A DNA stretch of 61,650 nt from Octopus sinensis (Eukaryota). Both the position numbers and the translations under genes were made by a program. Below, piece by piece: positions 1 to 11,365 of this stretch (the first letter of the stretch is position 1; each line of letters begins with the position of its first letter). The stretch spans positions 1 to 61,650 of the forward strand of contig NW_021832007.1 of NCBI RefSeq assembly GCF_006345805.1. The letters are read 5' to 3'. The notes under the pieces were generated by a model. That model ran no database searches. It worked only from the letters and a program-made list of their open reading frames with translations, and was not told the DNA's origin.

Positions 1-578
1 GTGGTGCGCGCTAGTTTTAGCTGGAGTTGCTGCTGGAGTTCCGCCGTTAGCTTTGCTACATTTCCACCTCAAGAAACTATCATTGGTATATGGCATTTTG
101 TGAATGAGTGACTTTAATGTTGCTGCTCGCATCTGTGTTTCTTGCCGTGTATAGATTCATCCAAAACAATTGACAGGACATGCAGTTTTATCTTGAAATC
201 ACCTTTATTCACCCTATGTATGTCTGTCAGGCTTTTTGGAACGATACTGCAGAGACGTGAGGCCCTTCAGACTCAAATGGTTTCAATATCTAGTCCTCTT
301 TCCCCAGTGCAATGTTGAGATCTTGGTACTTTGTAGTGTCACTACGTGCTCCAATTTGTGTAACATTCAATGCCAATGTTTGGTACAATTCCTTCCAAGA
401 TTTTCCCGTTGTATATCACTACATAGCTATCCCGCATCCCTTGTAAGGAGTAGATTTCTACAATTTCAGTCACTCCCAGTAGCTGACACGTGATACTGAG
501 ACGATCTTTTTTATGTAGCTTTGCTGGATTGCTTCGAGTTCCACCGTTAACTTGGCACCATGTGATGGCCATAATTCT
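1..578 (-). mobile_element. CR1/L2-group LINE, decayed 3' end of ORF2 (post-RT region)
   Basis: Minus-strand frames give [22 protein letters not shown] and IYSLQGMRDSYVVIYNGKILEGIVPNIGIECYTN. These match the LE.IQ.SYT..I...SYWERL..L.LYSLERRRERY.IIY.WKILEG.VPN pattern of invertebrate CR1-like ORF2 C-termini. Frameshifts and stops are present. Confidence 0.7.
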
Positions 579-750
579 GAATGTTTATATATATATATAT
601 GTAAGCATGTATGTATGTATGTATGTATGTATGTATGTATGTATGTATGTATGTATGTATGTATATATATATGTATATATATATAGATGCATGTATATAT
701 ATATATGTATATATATATATGTACATATATATATGTACATATATATATGC

Positions 751-783
<33 letters not shown>

Positions 784-790
784 TATATAG
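579..790. repeat. (TATG)n/(TA)n compound microsatellite
   Basis: Direct reading of the sequence. Confidence 0.95.
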
Positions 791-1005
791 AAATACCATA
801 AGAGGCTTACAAATAAGAAAGCCTTGTGCTAGAAAGAGCAGTAGGAAACTCAAAACCACCAAATAAGGATAAATTTTCGAAAGGAATGTAAATTAAAAAC
901 GTTTACCATCTCAATTATTTCCCAGACCATGGTTTCTAACTATTTCCAGCAAAAAAATATTTGCTAAAGTCCAGATTCATTGTATTTCTATGTGAATAAT
1001 ATATA

Positions 1006-1424
1006 GGTGCAGGAGTGGCTGTGTAGTAAGTAGCTTGCCTACCAACCACATGGTTGCCGGGTTCAGTCCCACTGCGTGGCATCTTGGGCAAGTGTATTCT
1101 ACTATAGCCACGGGCTGACCAAAGCCTTGTGAGTGGATTTGGTAGACGGAAACTGAAAGAAGCCCGTCGTATATATGCATATACATATATATATATGTGT
1201 GCATGTATGTTTGTCTGTCTGTCGCCCTAGCATTGCTTGACAACCGATGCTGGTGTGTTTATGTCCCCGTCACTTAGCGGTTCGGCAAAAAGAGACCGAT
1301 AGAATAAGTACTGGGCTTACAATAAATAAGTCCCGGGGTCGAGTTGCTCAACTAAAGGCGGTGCTCCAGCATGGCCGCAGTCAAATATCTGAAACAAGTA
1401 AAAGAGTAAAAGAGTAAAGAGAGT
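1006..1424 (+). mobile_element. tRNA-derived CORE-type SINE (family R; OR1/OR2-like), full length
   Basis: tRNA-like head (gtggctgtgtagtaag...ggttcagtccc), CORE-like gcatcttgggcaagtgt, internal (TA)n, and 3' (AAAGAGT)n tail. More than 10 near-identical copies occur in the window. Confidence 0.85.
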
Positions 1425-1495
1425 TTAATGACTAATTCGTTTTCATGCTAGACCACTGGTAATAATAATTTCTTATTACCCTATTGCTATTCATC

Positions 1496-1529
<34 letters not shown>

Positions 1530-1539
1530 TATATATATG

Positions 1540-1905
1540 TAAAACGTCAAAAGCAAAAAGAAAAAGAGTCAAAAGGAAGAGGAAGTACGGTTAGGCAGAT
1601 TTTTAATAATCATTACGAATGTTTCGATACATATAGATCCATGTCTATACAGGATTTAAATTAAAATTAAATTATGTAACGATTTACCTGTGCAAGAAGA
1701 TCCATGTCAGGCGATATTTAATTGCTGTTTCTGTAAGTAAATCTAGATTTCGAGCTGAATACACAAGACTAGAATTGATAGCATACCATAATAATACTAA
1801 CGGATATTTGGGAATTCTAAGGGTGAACTATCTCTATTCGTATTCTAATACGTTCTTAACAGAACACACCTCAACTCTACATACATACCTGTTATCTTTT
1901 ATTTG
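1540..1905 (-). mobile_element. Probable Penelope-like (PLE) terminal-repeat fragment with degenerate hammerhead-like motif
   Basis: Abuts (TA)n. Minus strand 1660-1603 reads ctgtataga-gacat..atgt-gaaa-catt/aatg, a broken hammerhead-like layout. Confidence 0.3.
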
Positions 1906-2419
1906 TTAGACTACGACCATACTGGGGCTACACCTGAAATGTTTCATGGAATGAATCAACCCACTACTTACTCGTGTAGGCTGGCACTTACGCTATCGAT
2001 CACTTTTGCCGAACTGCTAAGTTACGCTCACACACACACACATACACACACACCACACACACACAAAAGCACGCACCAACACTGGTTGTCAAGCGGTGGT
2101 GGTGGACAAACACGGACACAAAAACACTCGCACACATAGCTATATATATATGATAATAATATGAGGGAATATTGATCCAAACTTACAGGGAAAAATTTAA
2201 TTTAGAAATACTAAATAAAAGTTCTCAAAATATAATATATATATATTCTGTTGTCTCTGGGGAAAATCATTTTCTTTTTGGAGTTGAAATCGCACTGCTT
2301 CCTGCTGTCTGCTATCAGTCTTGAGTGAATGACAAAATATCTGCTCTTGTATATAAAATAAGATTCATTTTATTCGATATTAGAATTTCAAAAGAGATTG
2401 ATTAATTTTGTTCTTTCTA

Positions 2420-2826
2420 CGAGGTCAGCTGAAGACTTCATAGGCTGATCAAAATACTTCTATGGAATGTGACTAAATGAGAATTACTTTTCAACAAAAA
2501 TCCCCCTTGCACTCCACACATTTCTTCCATCGGTGTGGCGGTGCTTAGCTTCCATTGGTGAAAGAAGCTTTCATTCTGTTCGTCAAACTTGTCATCAACA
2601 GAAGATATGAAGCCACTTTCATTGCGATACTGGTTCCCAGCCAAGTGTTTTTTCATGTCAGGGCACCCGATGCGTATCTGATGGAGCCAAATAAGGAGAG
2701 TGGGCCAAGTGACCAATCAGTTGAAAGTAGTTTGCACAGCAGCCACTTGAACAAAGCATTTGTGTGCGAATGTAGCGACCAATGTCAGTATGAATGTCCT
2801 TGGGAGCTGAACCCATTTTGTGCAGG
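2420..2826 (-). mobile_element. Mariner transposon 3' remnant (transposase C-terminus plus one TIR)
   Basis: Minus frames give HSPYLAPSD and MKKHLAGNQYRNESGFISSVDDKFDEQNESFF, the mariner (H)PPYSPDLAPSD...MKK.LAG motif. TIR-like tacgaggtcagctgaagacttcataggctga begins at a TA. Confidence 0.75.
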
Positions 2827-2835
2827 TAATTGATA

Positions 2836-3066
2836 GGCGAGCTGGCAGAAACGTTAGCACGCCGGGCGAAATGCTTAGCGGTATTTCGTCTGTCTTTACG
2901 TTCTGAGATCAAATTCCGCCGAGGTCGACTTTGCCTTTCATCCTTTCCGGGTCGATTAAATAAGTACCAGTTACGCACTGGGGTCGATATAATCGACTTA
3001 ATCCGTGTGTCTGTCCTTGTTTGTCCTCTCTGTGTTTAGCAGCTTGTTGATTGTAAAGAAATAGGT
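2836..3066 (+). mobile_element. tRNA-derived SINE family A, monomer
   Basis: Head ggcgagctggcagaaacgttagcacgcc, B box gagatcaaattcc (variant of gagttcaaattcc), central gtcgactttgcctttcatcctttc..gtcgat..aagtaccag domain, and tail ...gtaaagaaatag. Confidence 0.9.
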
Positions 3067-3976
3067 AATTGATACAAGTACAATGCCAAATTTTGCTAAT
3101 TTTCAATAGAAATCGCTACCAGTTACATTTGGAGTTTTCTTTGAATAGTCAGGTATCAGTTTACCTGGGAATAAACAATGCGGTTATTAAAGAAAGAGAA
3201 CTGAAATCAATGTATACGAGATTTCACCTCTCAAGTGTCACTCCTTCATAGTCAGTCAATAAAGTTGTCTGCTCACCCTCGTAACTAGCAAATGAATTCT
3301 TGGCAGTTTTGGAGGTGCACAACCGACTGTCGTACGCAATTGAGAGTTTTGGACGATGTTTCCTGTATTAACAATCAAAAGATTTGTTTGTAATATGTAC
3401 ATCGAAAAGCATAAACCTGGTCATATATATTTCTGGTCGCACAACATGCGTTTAACAAATTGTGATTACTTAAAGATTTCAGTGAGTGTAAAAGACCACG
3501 TTTAGCCCTAAAATTTTTTACTTGCCATTCAGTGGTAGGTGTAGCCTATTGTGAGAAACCAAATTTCATTTAATTTGTGTTTCATTACATTCTGTATTTA
3601 TTCTATGCAATCATTTGTATATATTTTGAATAAATACCATTTGTCTCTATATAAATTGTGAAAATCCTGTTTATTTCTACTCGACAGAAATTACCTGCCC
3701 TCAACGGCACGTACAAATAAAGATCCCTTTTAACAGACAACATATTTTATTGTATGTCTCTAGCCCTTCTATAAACTAAAGTGACAATATTTCTCTCTTT
3801 ATTTTTCCTCTTCTAATCTTCATACGATCTGAGTTCAATGTCAGCTGAGGTCGACTTTACCTTTGATGCTTCCGGAGTCGATAAAATAAAGTACCAGTTG
3901 CACACTAGGATCAATATAATCGACTAGCGCCCACCTTCCTGGAATTGCTGGCACTCTCCCAACATTCGAGTCCATT

Positions 3977-4042
3977 ATTATTATTATTATTATTTTATTA
4001 TTATTATTATTATTATCATTTTCATTATCATTATCATTATTA

Positions 4043-4080
<38 letters not shown>

Positions 4081-4150
4081 CATACTTAACAGGCAGCAGC
4101 TCTAGTATTAGTAGTAGTAGTAGCAGGAGCAGTAGCAGCAGCAGCAACTA
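3977..4150. repeat. (TAT)n followed by (AGT/AGC)n microsatellites
   Basis: Direct reading of the sequence. Confidence 0.9.
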
Positions 4151-4269
4151 TTGTTGTGATTATTGAATGGTAAAAAAAAATATTATTAGATGCAGCTTCC
4201 GTTAATATAGCAAAACGCCTAGTTACGAAAACGTGACGAAACCATCAAAGAATGTTTAGCTGAATACAT

Positions 4270-4275
4270 GTACAC

Positions 4276-4308
<33 letters not shown>

Positions 4309-4540
4309 TACACACACACACAACCAAACGCACACATAATTACATATAAACATACACGCATCATAAATACATACCTACATACATATGAGTGTGTGTGTAC
4401 ATATATGTTTATATATGTATGTATATATACGTATATATATGTATATATATATATGTGTGTGTATGTGTGTGTGTGTTTGTGCGTGTATGTGTGTGTGTGC
4501 GTGTGTGTGTGTGTGGAATAGAGGAATAGAGAGCCAGAAA

Positions 4541-4579
<39 letters not shown>

Positions 4580-4860
4580 GAAAAGAGCGAGAGATGTAGT
4601 CACATACAGCTTGATAGAGAGAGAGAGAGAGAGAGAGATACTCTGAGAAAGAGATGGATTGTAATATATGAGATGAAGCAAAAAATATATATATACAAAG
4701 AAATCAATGTAAACGAATATGTATAAGAAATGTATGGAAGACCAAAACAAAATAAAACGGAGAAATTTATTTAAAAAATCACAATAAAAATACTATCTTC
4801 AGAAAAAGATAAAAAATGAAATACATATATGTGTGCGTGTGTGCTAGTGTTTGTACAATC

Positions 4861-4907
<47 letters not shown>

Positions 4908-4996
4908 ATACATATATCTCTCCTGCTGCCAATCTCTTTTCTTTCTCTCTCACCTCTGTCTCTGTCTCTCTCTCTCTCTCTCTCTATTATATATAT

Positions 4997-5027
<31 letters not shown>

Positions 5028-5050
5028 ATATATTGTATGCCTGTATGTAT
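4270..5050. repeat. Cluster of (CA)n, (TG)n, (GAAA)n, (GA)n, (TA)n and (TC)n microsatellites
   Basis: Direct reading of the sequence. Confidence 0.9.
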
Positions 5051-6233
5051 GTGTGTATATACGGGTAGAGAGAGTAAGAGAGAGCGGTTTTGTTGGAATG
5101 AGAGGAGAGAGAGAGTGCGATGTTACAACATTGGTTAGGAGTCTAGTACTGTGTTTATTATATATATGCCTAGGTTTTGCGGTTTCTGAACAATTCTAGT
5201 CGTCCCAACCCACGACCTCCTCTGCATGTAATCGATGCAACATTTGTCCTCTGTCTTCTACTTTGACTTCCTGCAACACATTTTCGTCATTATAATAACC
5301 ATCGTGAAAGCAGATGCTTAAATTATCATTGTCGTCGAAAATCGAGGCCTCCATCATCATCATTATCATTACCATCATCCTCACCACCTCCACCACCAAC
5401 GAAAACAACAACAGCAGCCGTTCAAAAATTTTGACCTAGAGAACTCCATTTCCAGCGACCTCTAGGGCCACCTACCATTGGTGTCGGGCGTCACCGAAGA
5501 GCCCTCGACTACAACAAGACGACCAAAGTTTTTTATTTTTCCAAGGTCTGGGGTCACACGTCCCTAAGCCCTAGACCATCACCTAATCACCCTTACCCGT
5601 CTTGTTGCTTAACAACAACAAAAAAAACAACAACCACCAACATCAGTACTAGCAGCGTTGTCATCTTCATCGTCATCCTCATGTCAGAATCGTTAGTGTT
5701 TAGAACGAAACACCTGGCGGTATTTCTCCCCTTTTTAAAATTTAATTTTTATCTGATTTGGGACACTTCCAAGTTTTGCTTCACCTTTTACTCCTTCGAA
5801 TCCATGATATAACGTATCCATGGAATACGAGGGTCGGTGCTAGCGGATAAACCAGTCCCCAAATCTGGCAGACCCTGCTTCAACTTTAGTAACCATTTTC
5901 ATAGTACTAGCAAAATCTTTAGAGTCACGGACAAAATGCTTGTATTATTTTCTTCAGCTCTTTACGTTCAAATACCACCAATTTCAAATTTGGCTTTGAT
6001 TCTTCGGATGCAGTCAAGCAATTGGATTGAACATATCGTCTCAACACCTGCCACGAAGTTTTAGGCTTTGTACCTATGGTTGATGTAATTCAGATTTGCT
6101 TCGCTTAGTTGATTCCTTTCAAGAATATTTGAACAGAAAATTGAAGAATGCACATTTTTACCATCAGTATTCCTTGGAACATATTCCTCCCTTGTTATTC
6201 TTGAGTTAAAAATGTATTTAAAAAAATTTTTTA

Positions 6234-6538
6234 TGCGTCCTTTTCAAGCCTAGACAGGCTCATGGGCCCGGTTTCCCGGTTTCTGTGGCGTATGTGCCCC
6301 CCCCCAACTGGACGGGACGCCAGTTCATCGCAGTGTTACCCAAGAAGCAGGAAGAAAGAGTGAGAGAAAGTTGGGGCGAAAGAGTACAACAGGAGTCGCC
6401 ACCAACCCCTGCTGGAGCCTCGTGAAGCTGTTAGGTGTTCTCGCTCAATAAGCACGCACAACGCCCGGTCTGGGAATCGAAACCGCGACCCTCCGACCGC
6501 GAGTCCGCTGCTCTAAACACTGGGCCATTGAGTCTCCA
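6234..6538 (-). mobile_element. tRNA-derived SINE family B
   Basis: Reverse complement begins ggagactcaatggcccagtg...ggtttcgattcccagaccgggcg. Homologous heads occur at 15191 and 17468. Confidence 0.8.
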
Positions 6539-7088
6539 CAAAAATGTATTTGGCGAGACATATTTATTTTTACTCTATCGGCAGTAAAAGTATTACTGCA
6601 GATTTATATAATTCATATTCACTCCTGTTACAATCTCCTCGGAATGAGCAGAAAGAGTTGCTTCCCCCTGTTCTGGTAACTGTAGCGTCAATTCCGTAAC
6701 CAAATTTATCTTTTAATTATTTTCAAACATGAAAGCAAATTTGAGACGAAACAGACAATGCAACAAATAAACAGCGAGACAGTGCTCCGGGCATAAACAC
6801 CTATAGTTGCATACTAGAAGACACAAAGGAGAATCGTGTCGTAAATATTAATGTAAAATTGAATTCGGAAGAATAACCACAACGCTATCCCAAAATCATC
6901 ATTTCAACTTTTGCAAATAATGCTCGTCTTACGAAGCTGGTCAATGTTTCTTTGTACAAAGTGTTTACCGAGATTAAATGTGCTAATAACTGTAAAAGTG
7001 AATTAAGACAGGTGATTTATGGAGATAAACACTTAAAAAGGAATTATCGTGAGTCTTAGCTGATGCTTGGCAGAATATAAGTTTCCTT

Positions 7089-8027
7089 AAGGCGGCGAGC
7101 TGGCAGAATCGTTAGCGCGCCTGCCATTACGTTATGGGTTCAAATTCCGCCGCGGTCGACTTTGCCTGTCATTATTTTGCCGGCGAGCTGGCAGAAATGT
7201 TAGCACGCCGGGCGAAATGCGTAGCTGTATTTCATCTGCCGTTACGTTCTGAATTCAAATTCCGCGGAGGTCGACTTTGCCTTTCTTTCATTCTTTCAGC
7301 GTCGATAAATTAAGTACCAGTTACGCACTGGGGTCGATGTAATCGACTTAATCCGTTTGTCTGTCCTTGCTTGCCCACTCTGTGGGTAGTAAAGAAATAG
7401 GTATTTCGTCTGCCGCTACGTTCTGAGTTCAAATTCCGCCGAGGTCGACTTTGCCTTTTATCCCTTCGGGATCAATTAAATAAGTACCAGTTACGCACGT
7501 GGGTCGATATAATTGACTTAATATGTTTGTCGGTCCTTGTTTGTCCTCTCTGTGTTTAGCCCTTTGTGAGTAGTAAAGAAATAGGTATTTCGTCTGCCGC
7601 TACGTTCTGAGTTCAAATTCCGCCGAGGTCGACTTTGCCTTTTATCCCTTCGGGATCGATTAAATAAGTACCAGTTACGCACGTGTGTCGATATAATTGA
7701 CTTAATTTGTTTGTCGGTCCTTCTTTGTCCTCTCTTTGTTTAGTCCCTTGTGGGTAATAAAGAAATTGGTATTTTTGGCAGAATATGTTTCATTAAAGCA
7801 GCGAGCTGGCGGAATCGTTAGCACGCCGGGCGAAATGCTTAGCGGTATTTCGTCTGTCGTTACGTTCTGAGTTCAAATTTCGCCGAAGTCGACTTTGCCT
7901 TTCATCCTTTCGAGATCGATAAATCAAGTACCAGTTACGCACTGGGGTCGATGTAATCGACTTAATCTCCCTGTCTGTCCTTGTTTCTTCCCTCTATGTT
8001 TAGCCCCTTGTGAGCAATAAAGAAACA
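7089..8027 (+). mobile_element. SINE family A cluster: partial head, head plus two extra 184-bp bodies, and a further monomer
   Basis: Body repeats start at 7401 and 7585 (period 184). A 12-bp direct repeat agaatataagtt lies at 7072-7083 and 8028-8039. Confidence 0.9.
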
Positions 8028-8069
8028 AGAATATAAGTTCCATCAGTCAATGAAGTAATGTGGAAGAAT

Positions 8070-8900
8070 ATGCCGAGTTGAAAGTTCACCAAGAGATCTT
8101 CGTCTTAGAAGAGGAATGATTAAATAAGAAAAAGGAATGGTAAGCGTACATAGAGGTGACGAAACCACTGATCTGAACAAACCTCTGATGTGAAAGCTAT
8201 GACTACAGCTATCACTCTTCCTATGCACCAAAGGGCGCAGGCACAAGGACAGGCCGGGCAAACCAAAGACAATTACGAGGAAGGTACTGAAAAGTTTCTG
8301 GTTTTAAGGGTGTCATGGAAGGCCTGGTAGGAGGCCCATCTTTTTCGAGTTCTTTTACAGGGTTTAGGAAAAGTAATGGACTGCTGCAATAAGTGTATGA
8401 CTCTGAGAAGGGAATAAATTGAATAGAATCATAATTAACCGAACCCCCTTTATTTGCTTTCACCCTAAACCAAGAAAGTTTCGGCCCCCTTTCGTAATCG
8501 CACTGTTTTCAACGGAACCGTTGGATGATGAGTTAGGTGAAGTGAGAGTCTCTTCGTTCAGTCTACGTGAAGGAGCTCCATCCGATTGTCTTGCAGTGAT
8601 GGAGATATGATGCTAGAAGACATGTAATGAAACAAGGAAAGGGCCACGAAAATATGAATGAACCTTAAGGAAAGTAAGTATGTGACAGGAAACCCTGGCA
8701 AAAGCGCAAAACTCTTTTGAATGGTTAAGTTTTACAGGTGAGCGAAGGGCTAAGTATAGTCTACATGATGCTGATACAAAGCCGAAGATAGGAAAACAAT
8801 AGGTTCCTGATTGAAGAAATAAGAGGGATTGGATAATAAGTGGCCTTGGAATATACATTGGTTGTTCAGGATTATATCGGTAGTTAGCTGGAGTGAAAGG
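8070..8900 (-). pseudogene. Possible decayed class A GPCR-like fragment (TM5-TM7/helix 8)
   Basis: One minus frame with several stops reads YCFPIFGFVSASCRLYLALRS (TM5-like), then a polar loop, KQIKGVRLIMILFNLFP (TM6-like), and GLSLCLRPLVH..SHSFHIRGLFR (NPxxY/H8-like). This is pattern recognition only. Confidence 0.35.
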
Positions 8901-9057
8901 TGAAAATGTCTTGCATGGAAAATTCTAGATAGAACCTCCTGTGTGTAGAAGTGGTTTGTGTCTCCGCTCGATAGACTAAAATTTTTAACACAGTGTGATG
9001 TATTACTACACTTTACGTTCATTTCCTTCGTGTTTATTACATGTCTTTTCATTTAAC

Positions 9058-9093
<36 letters not shown>

Positions 9094-9116
9094 ATATGTG
9101 TGTGTACAAGAACATA

Positions 9117-9324
9117 TTCTTTTACTTGTTTCAGTCATTTGACTGTGGTCATGCTGGAGCACCGCGTTTAGTCGAGAAAGTCGACCCCAGGACTTATTTT
9201 GGTAAGCCTAGTACTTATTCTATCGGTCCCTTTTGCCGAACCGCTAAGTTACGGGGACGTAAACACACCAGAATCGATTGTGAAGCGATGTTGGGGGGAA
9301 CAAAAACTGACATACAAACATATT

Positions 9325-9335
<11 letters not shown>
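9117..9335 (-). mobile_element. SINE family R, 3' half (5' half found at 11219-11365)
   Basis: Matches the reverse complement of the 3' half of the copy at 1006-1424 and ends at the internal (TA)n. Confidence 0.85.
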
Positions 9336-9365
<30 letters not shown>

Positions 9366-9366
<1 letters not shown>

Positions 9367-10213
9367 CCATTCACCCACTAGAAATAACAGCCAAGCTTCT
9401 ACCGCAAATATGGAGGGCTTATGGAGGATTGGCATTGATTTAATTTAATCAGGTTAGTTTACCATTAAACAACGGATGAAACGGATACCGTACAAGAAAT
9501 TACAGGGTAAATGTTTTTTTTTAATTTTCTCCTGTTTATGGAATTAATCTTTATTTGCGGTAGAAGCTTTGGCTGTTATTTCTAGTGGGTGAATGGCCTA
9601 TTATGGCCGTTCCTTAATTGTTAATGTTGAACTTAAAAATGGTCTATGACTATTTAATTTTTTCCCGCTGGGCCGCTGGTGGCAATAAAATTCTACAAAA
9701 TTTCCTTGCCACCCTATATTGATTAATTATGAATTTTTTGGTTAATTCCGTAATGGAATCGACGGCTGATATCTATTTGCTGCCGATAAATTTGGCGCGA
9801 GTGCGACGATTTGAAAATTTTAGGTCAGATATTGACTTGGCAGATTGGGTATGCCTCGTGTATATATCTGTCCCGACTTGAGCTATTTCTTGCTGAAGAA
9901 TCCGAGGGATTATGGAGGATTGGCTTGATTTAATTTAATCAGGTTAGTTAACCATTAAACAACGGATGAAACGGTATACCGTACAAGAAATTACAGGGTA
10001 AATGTTTTTTTTTAATTTTCTCCTGTTTATGGAATAATCTTTATTTGCGGTAGAAGCTTTGGCTGTTATTTCTAGTGGGTGAATGGCCTATTATGCCGTT
10101 CCTTAATTGTTAATGTTGAACTTAAAAATGGCATGACTATTTAATTTTTTCCCGCTGGGCCGCTGGTGGCAATAAAATTCTACAAATTTTCCTTGCCACC
10201 CTATATTGATTAA
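9366..10213 (+). mobile_element. Non-autonomous PLE/retrozyme-like element: 45-bp inverted arm plus about 1.6 tandem units of 490 bp, between (TA)n tracts
   Basis: 9366-9410 is the reverse complement of 9552-9597. 9411-9726 repeats at about 9903-10213 (period about 490). The element contains a hammerhead. Confidence 0.7.
9886..9990 (+). ncRNA. Type I hammerhead ribozyme with enlarged helix II loop
   Basis: Helix I tttcttg/caagaaa; core CTGAAGA 9893-9899; helix II atccg/cggat with a 58-nt insert; GAAA 9968-9971; helix III acggt/accgt (palindrome acggtataccgt); GUA cleavage triplet ending at 9983. Confidence 0.8.
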
Positions 10214-10291
10214 TATATATATATATATATATATATAATACATACATATATAAATATATCTATATACATATATATATATATTATATATATA

Positions 10292-10326
<35 letters not shown>

Positions 10327-10380
10327 ATATATATATTTTATATATATATGTATATAATATTATATATATATATATATATA

Positions 10381-10807
10381 AACTTACTTGGAGAAGAAGA
10401 AGAAAACAACACGTGGCGTTCAATCATATAATAACAATTCAATAAATAAAACATATGCATACATACATATATGTACATACCTACATCTATATGTATATAT
10501 ACATGCATATTGAAGTACAGGACACCACAAATAAACGTAGAACACAACGAGAAATGAAAACATAGAATCAAACAAGGAAACGGACTTTGTTTAACAACGA
10601 AAAAACAGAGTACAAGACAAACAATTGTACTCTGTTTTTTCGTTGTTAAAAAAAGTTCGTTTCCCTGTTTCATTCTATGTTTTCATTTCTCGTTGTGTTC
10701 TACGTTTATTGTGGTGTCCTGTACTTCAATATGCATGTATGTATACATATAGATGTAGGTATGTACATATATGTATGTATGTTGCATATGTTTTATTTAT
10801 CGAATTA

Positions 10808-10812
<5 letters not shown>
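10381..10812. mobile_element. Foldback element with about 180-bp inverted arms between (TA)n tracts (PLE-type inverted terminus suspected)
   Basis: 10436-10615 pairs with 10625-10806 around a 9-nt loop gacaaacaa, with a unique extension at 10381-10435. Confidence 0.65.
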
Positions 10813-10846
<34 letters not shown>

Positions 10847-10849
<3 letters not shown>

Positions 10850-11008
10850 GCTGTGTGGTAAGTAGCTTGCTAACCAACCACATGGTTCCGGGTTCAGTCC
10901 CACTGCGTGGCATCTTGGGCAAGTGTCTTCTACTATAGCCACGGGCCGACCAATGCCTTGTGAGTGGATTTGGTAGACGGAAACTGAAAGAAGCCTGTCG
11001 TATATATG

Positions 11009-11041
<33 letters not shown>

Positions 11042-11210
11042 TTGTCCCCCTAGCATTGCTTGACAACCGATGCTGGTATGTTTACGTCCCCGTCACTTTG
11101 CTGTTCGGCAAAAGAGACCGATAGAATAAGTACTGGGCTTACAAAGAATAAGTCTCGGGGTCGATTTGCTCGACTAAAGAACAAGTAAAAGAGTAAAAGA
11201 GTAAAAGAGT
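10847..11210 (+). mobile_element. SINE family R, with small 3' deletion
   Basis: High identity to 1006-1424. Confidence 0.85.
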
Positions 11211-11218
11211 ATATATAT

Positions 11219-11365
11219 ACGACGGTCTTCTTTCAGTTTACGTCTAGCAAATCCTCTCACAAGGCTTTGGTCGACCCGAGGTTATAGTTGAAGACACTAC
11301 CCCAAAGTGCCACGCAGTGGGACTGAACCGGGAACCATGTGGTTGGTAAGCAAGCTACATACCAC
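11219..11365 (-). mobile_element. SINE family R, 5' half (continuation of 9117-9335)
   Basis: The segment cgacggtcttctttcagtttacgtc...gtgggactgaacc...accac is the reverse-complement 5' half of the family. Confidence 0.8.

Noticed and set aside
7181-7770. Regularly spaced direct repeats resembling a CRISPR array
   Set aside because: The whole 184-bp unit repeats, with no unique spacers and no cas genes, in a eukaryotic context.
8480-8600. SDGAP...SPNSSSNGSVE read as a Gypsy integrase DDE motif
   Set aside because: The D-to-E spacing is 24 rather than 35 and there are no flanking integrase motifs.
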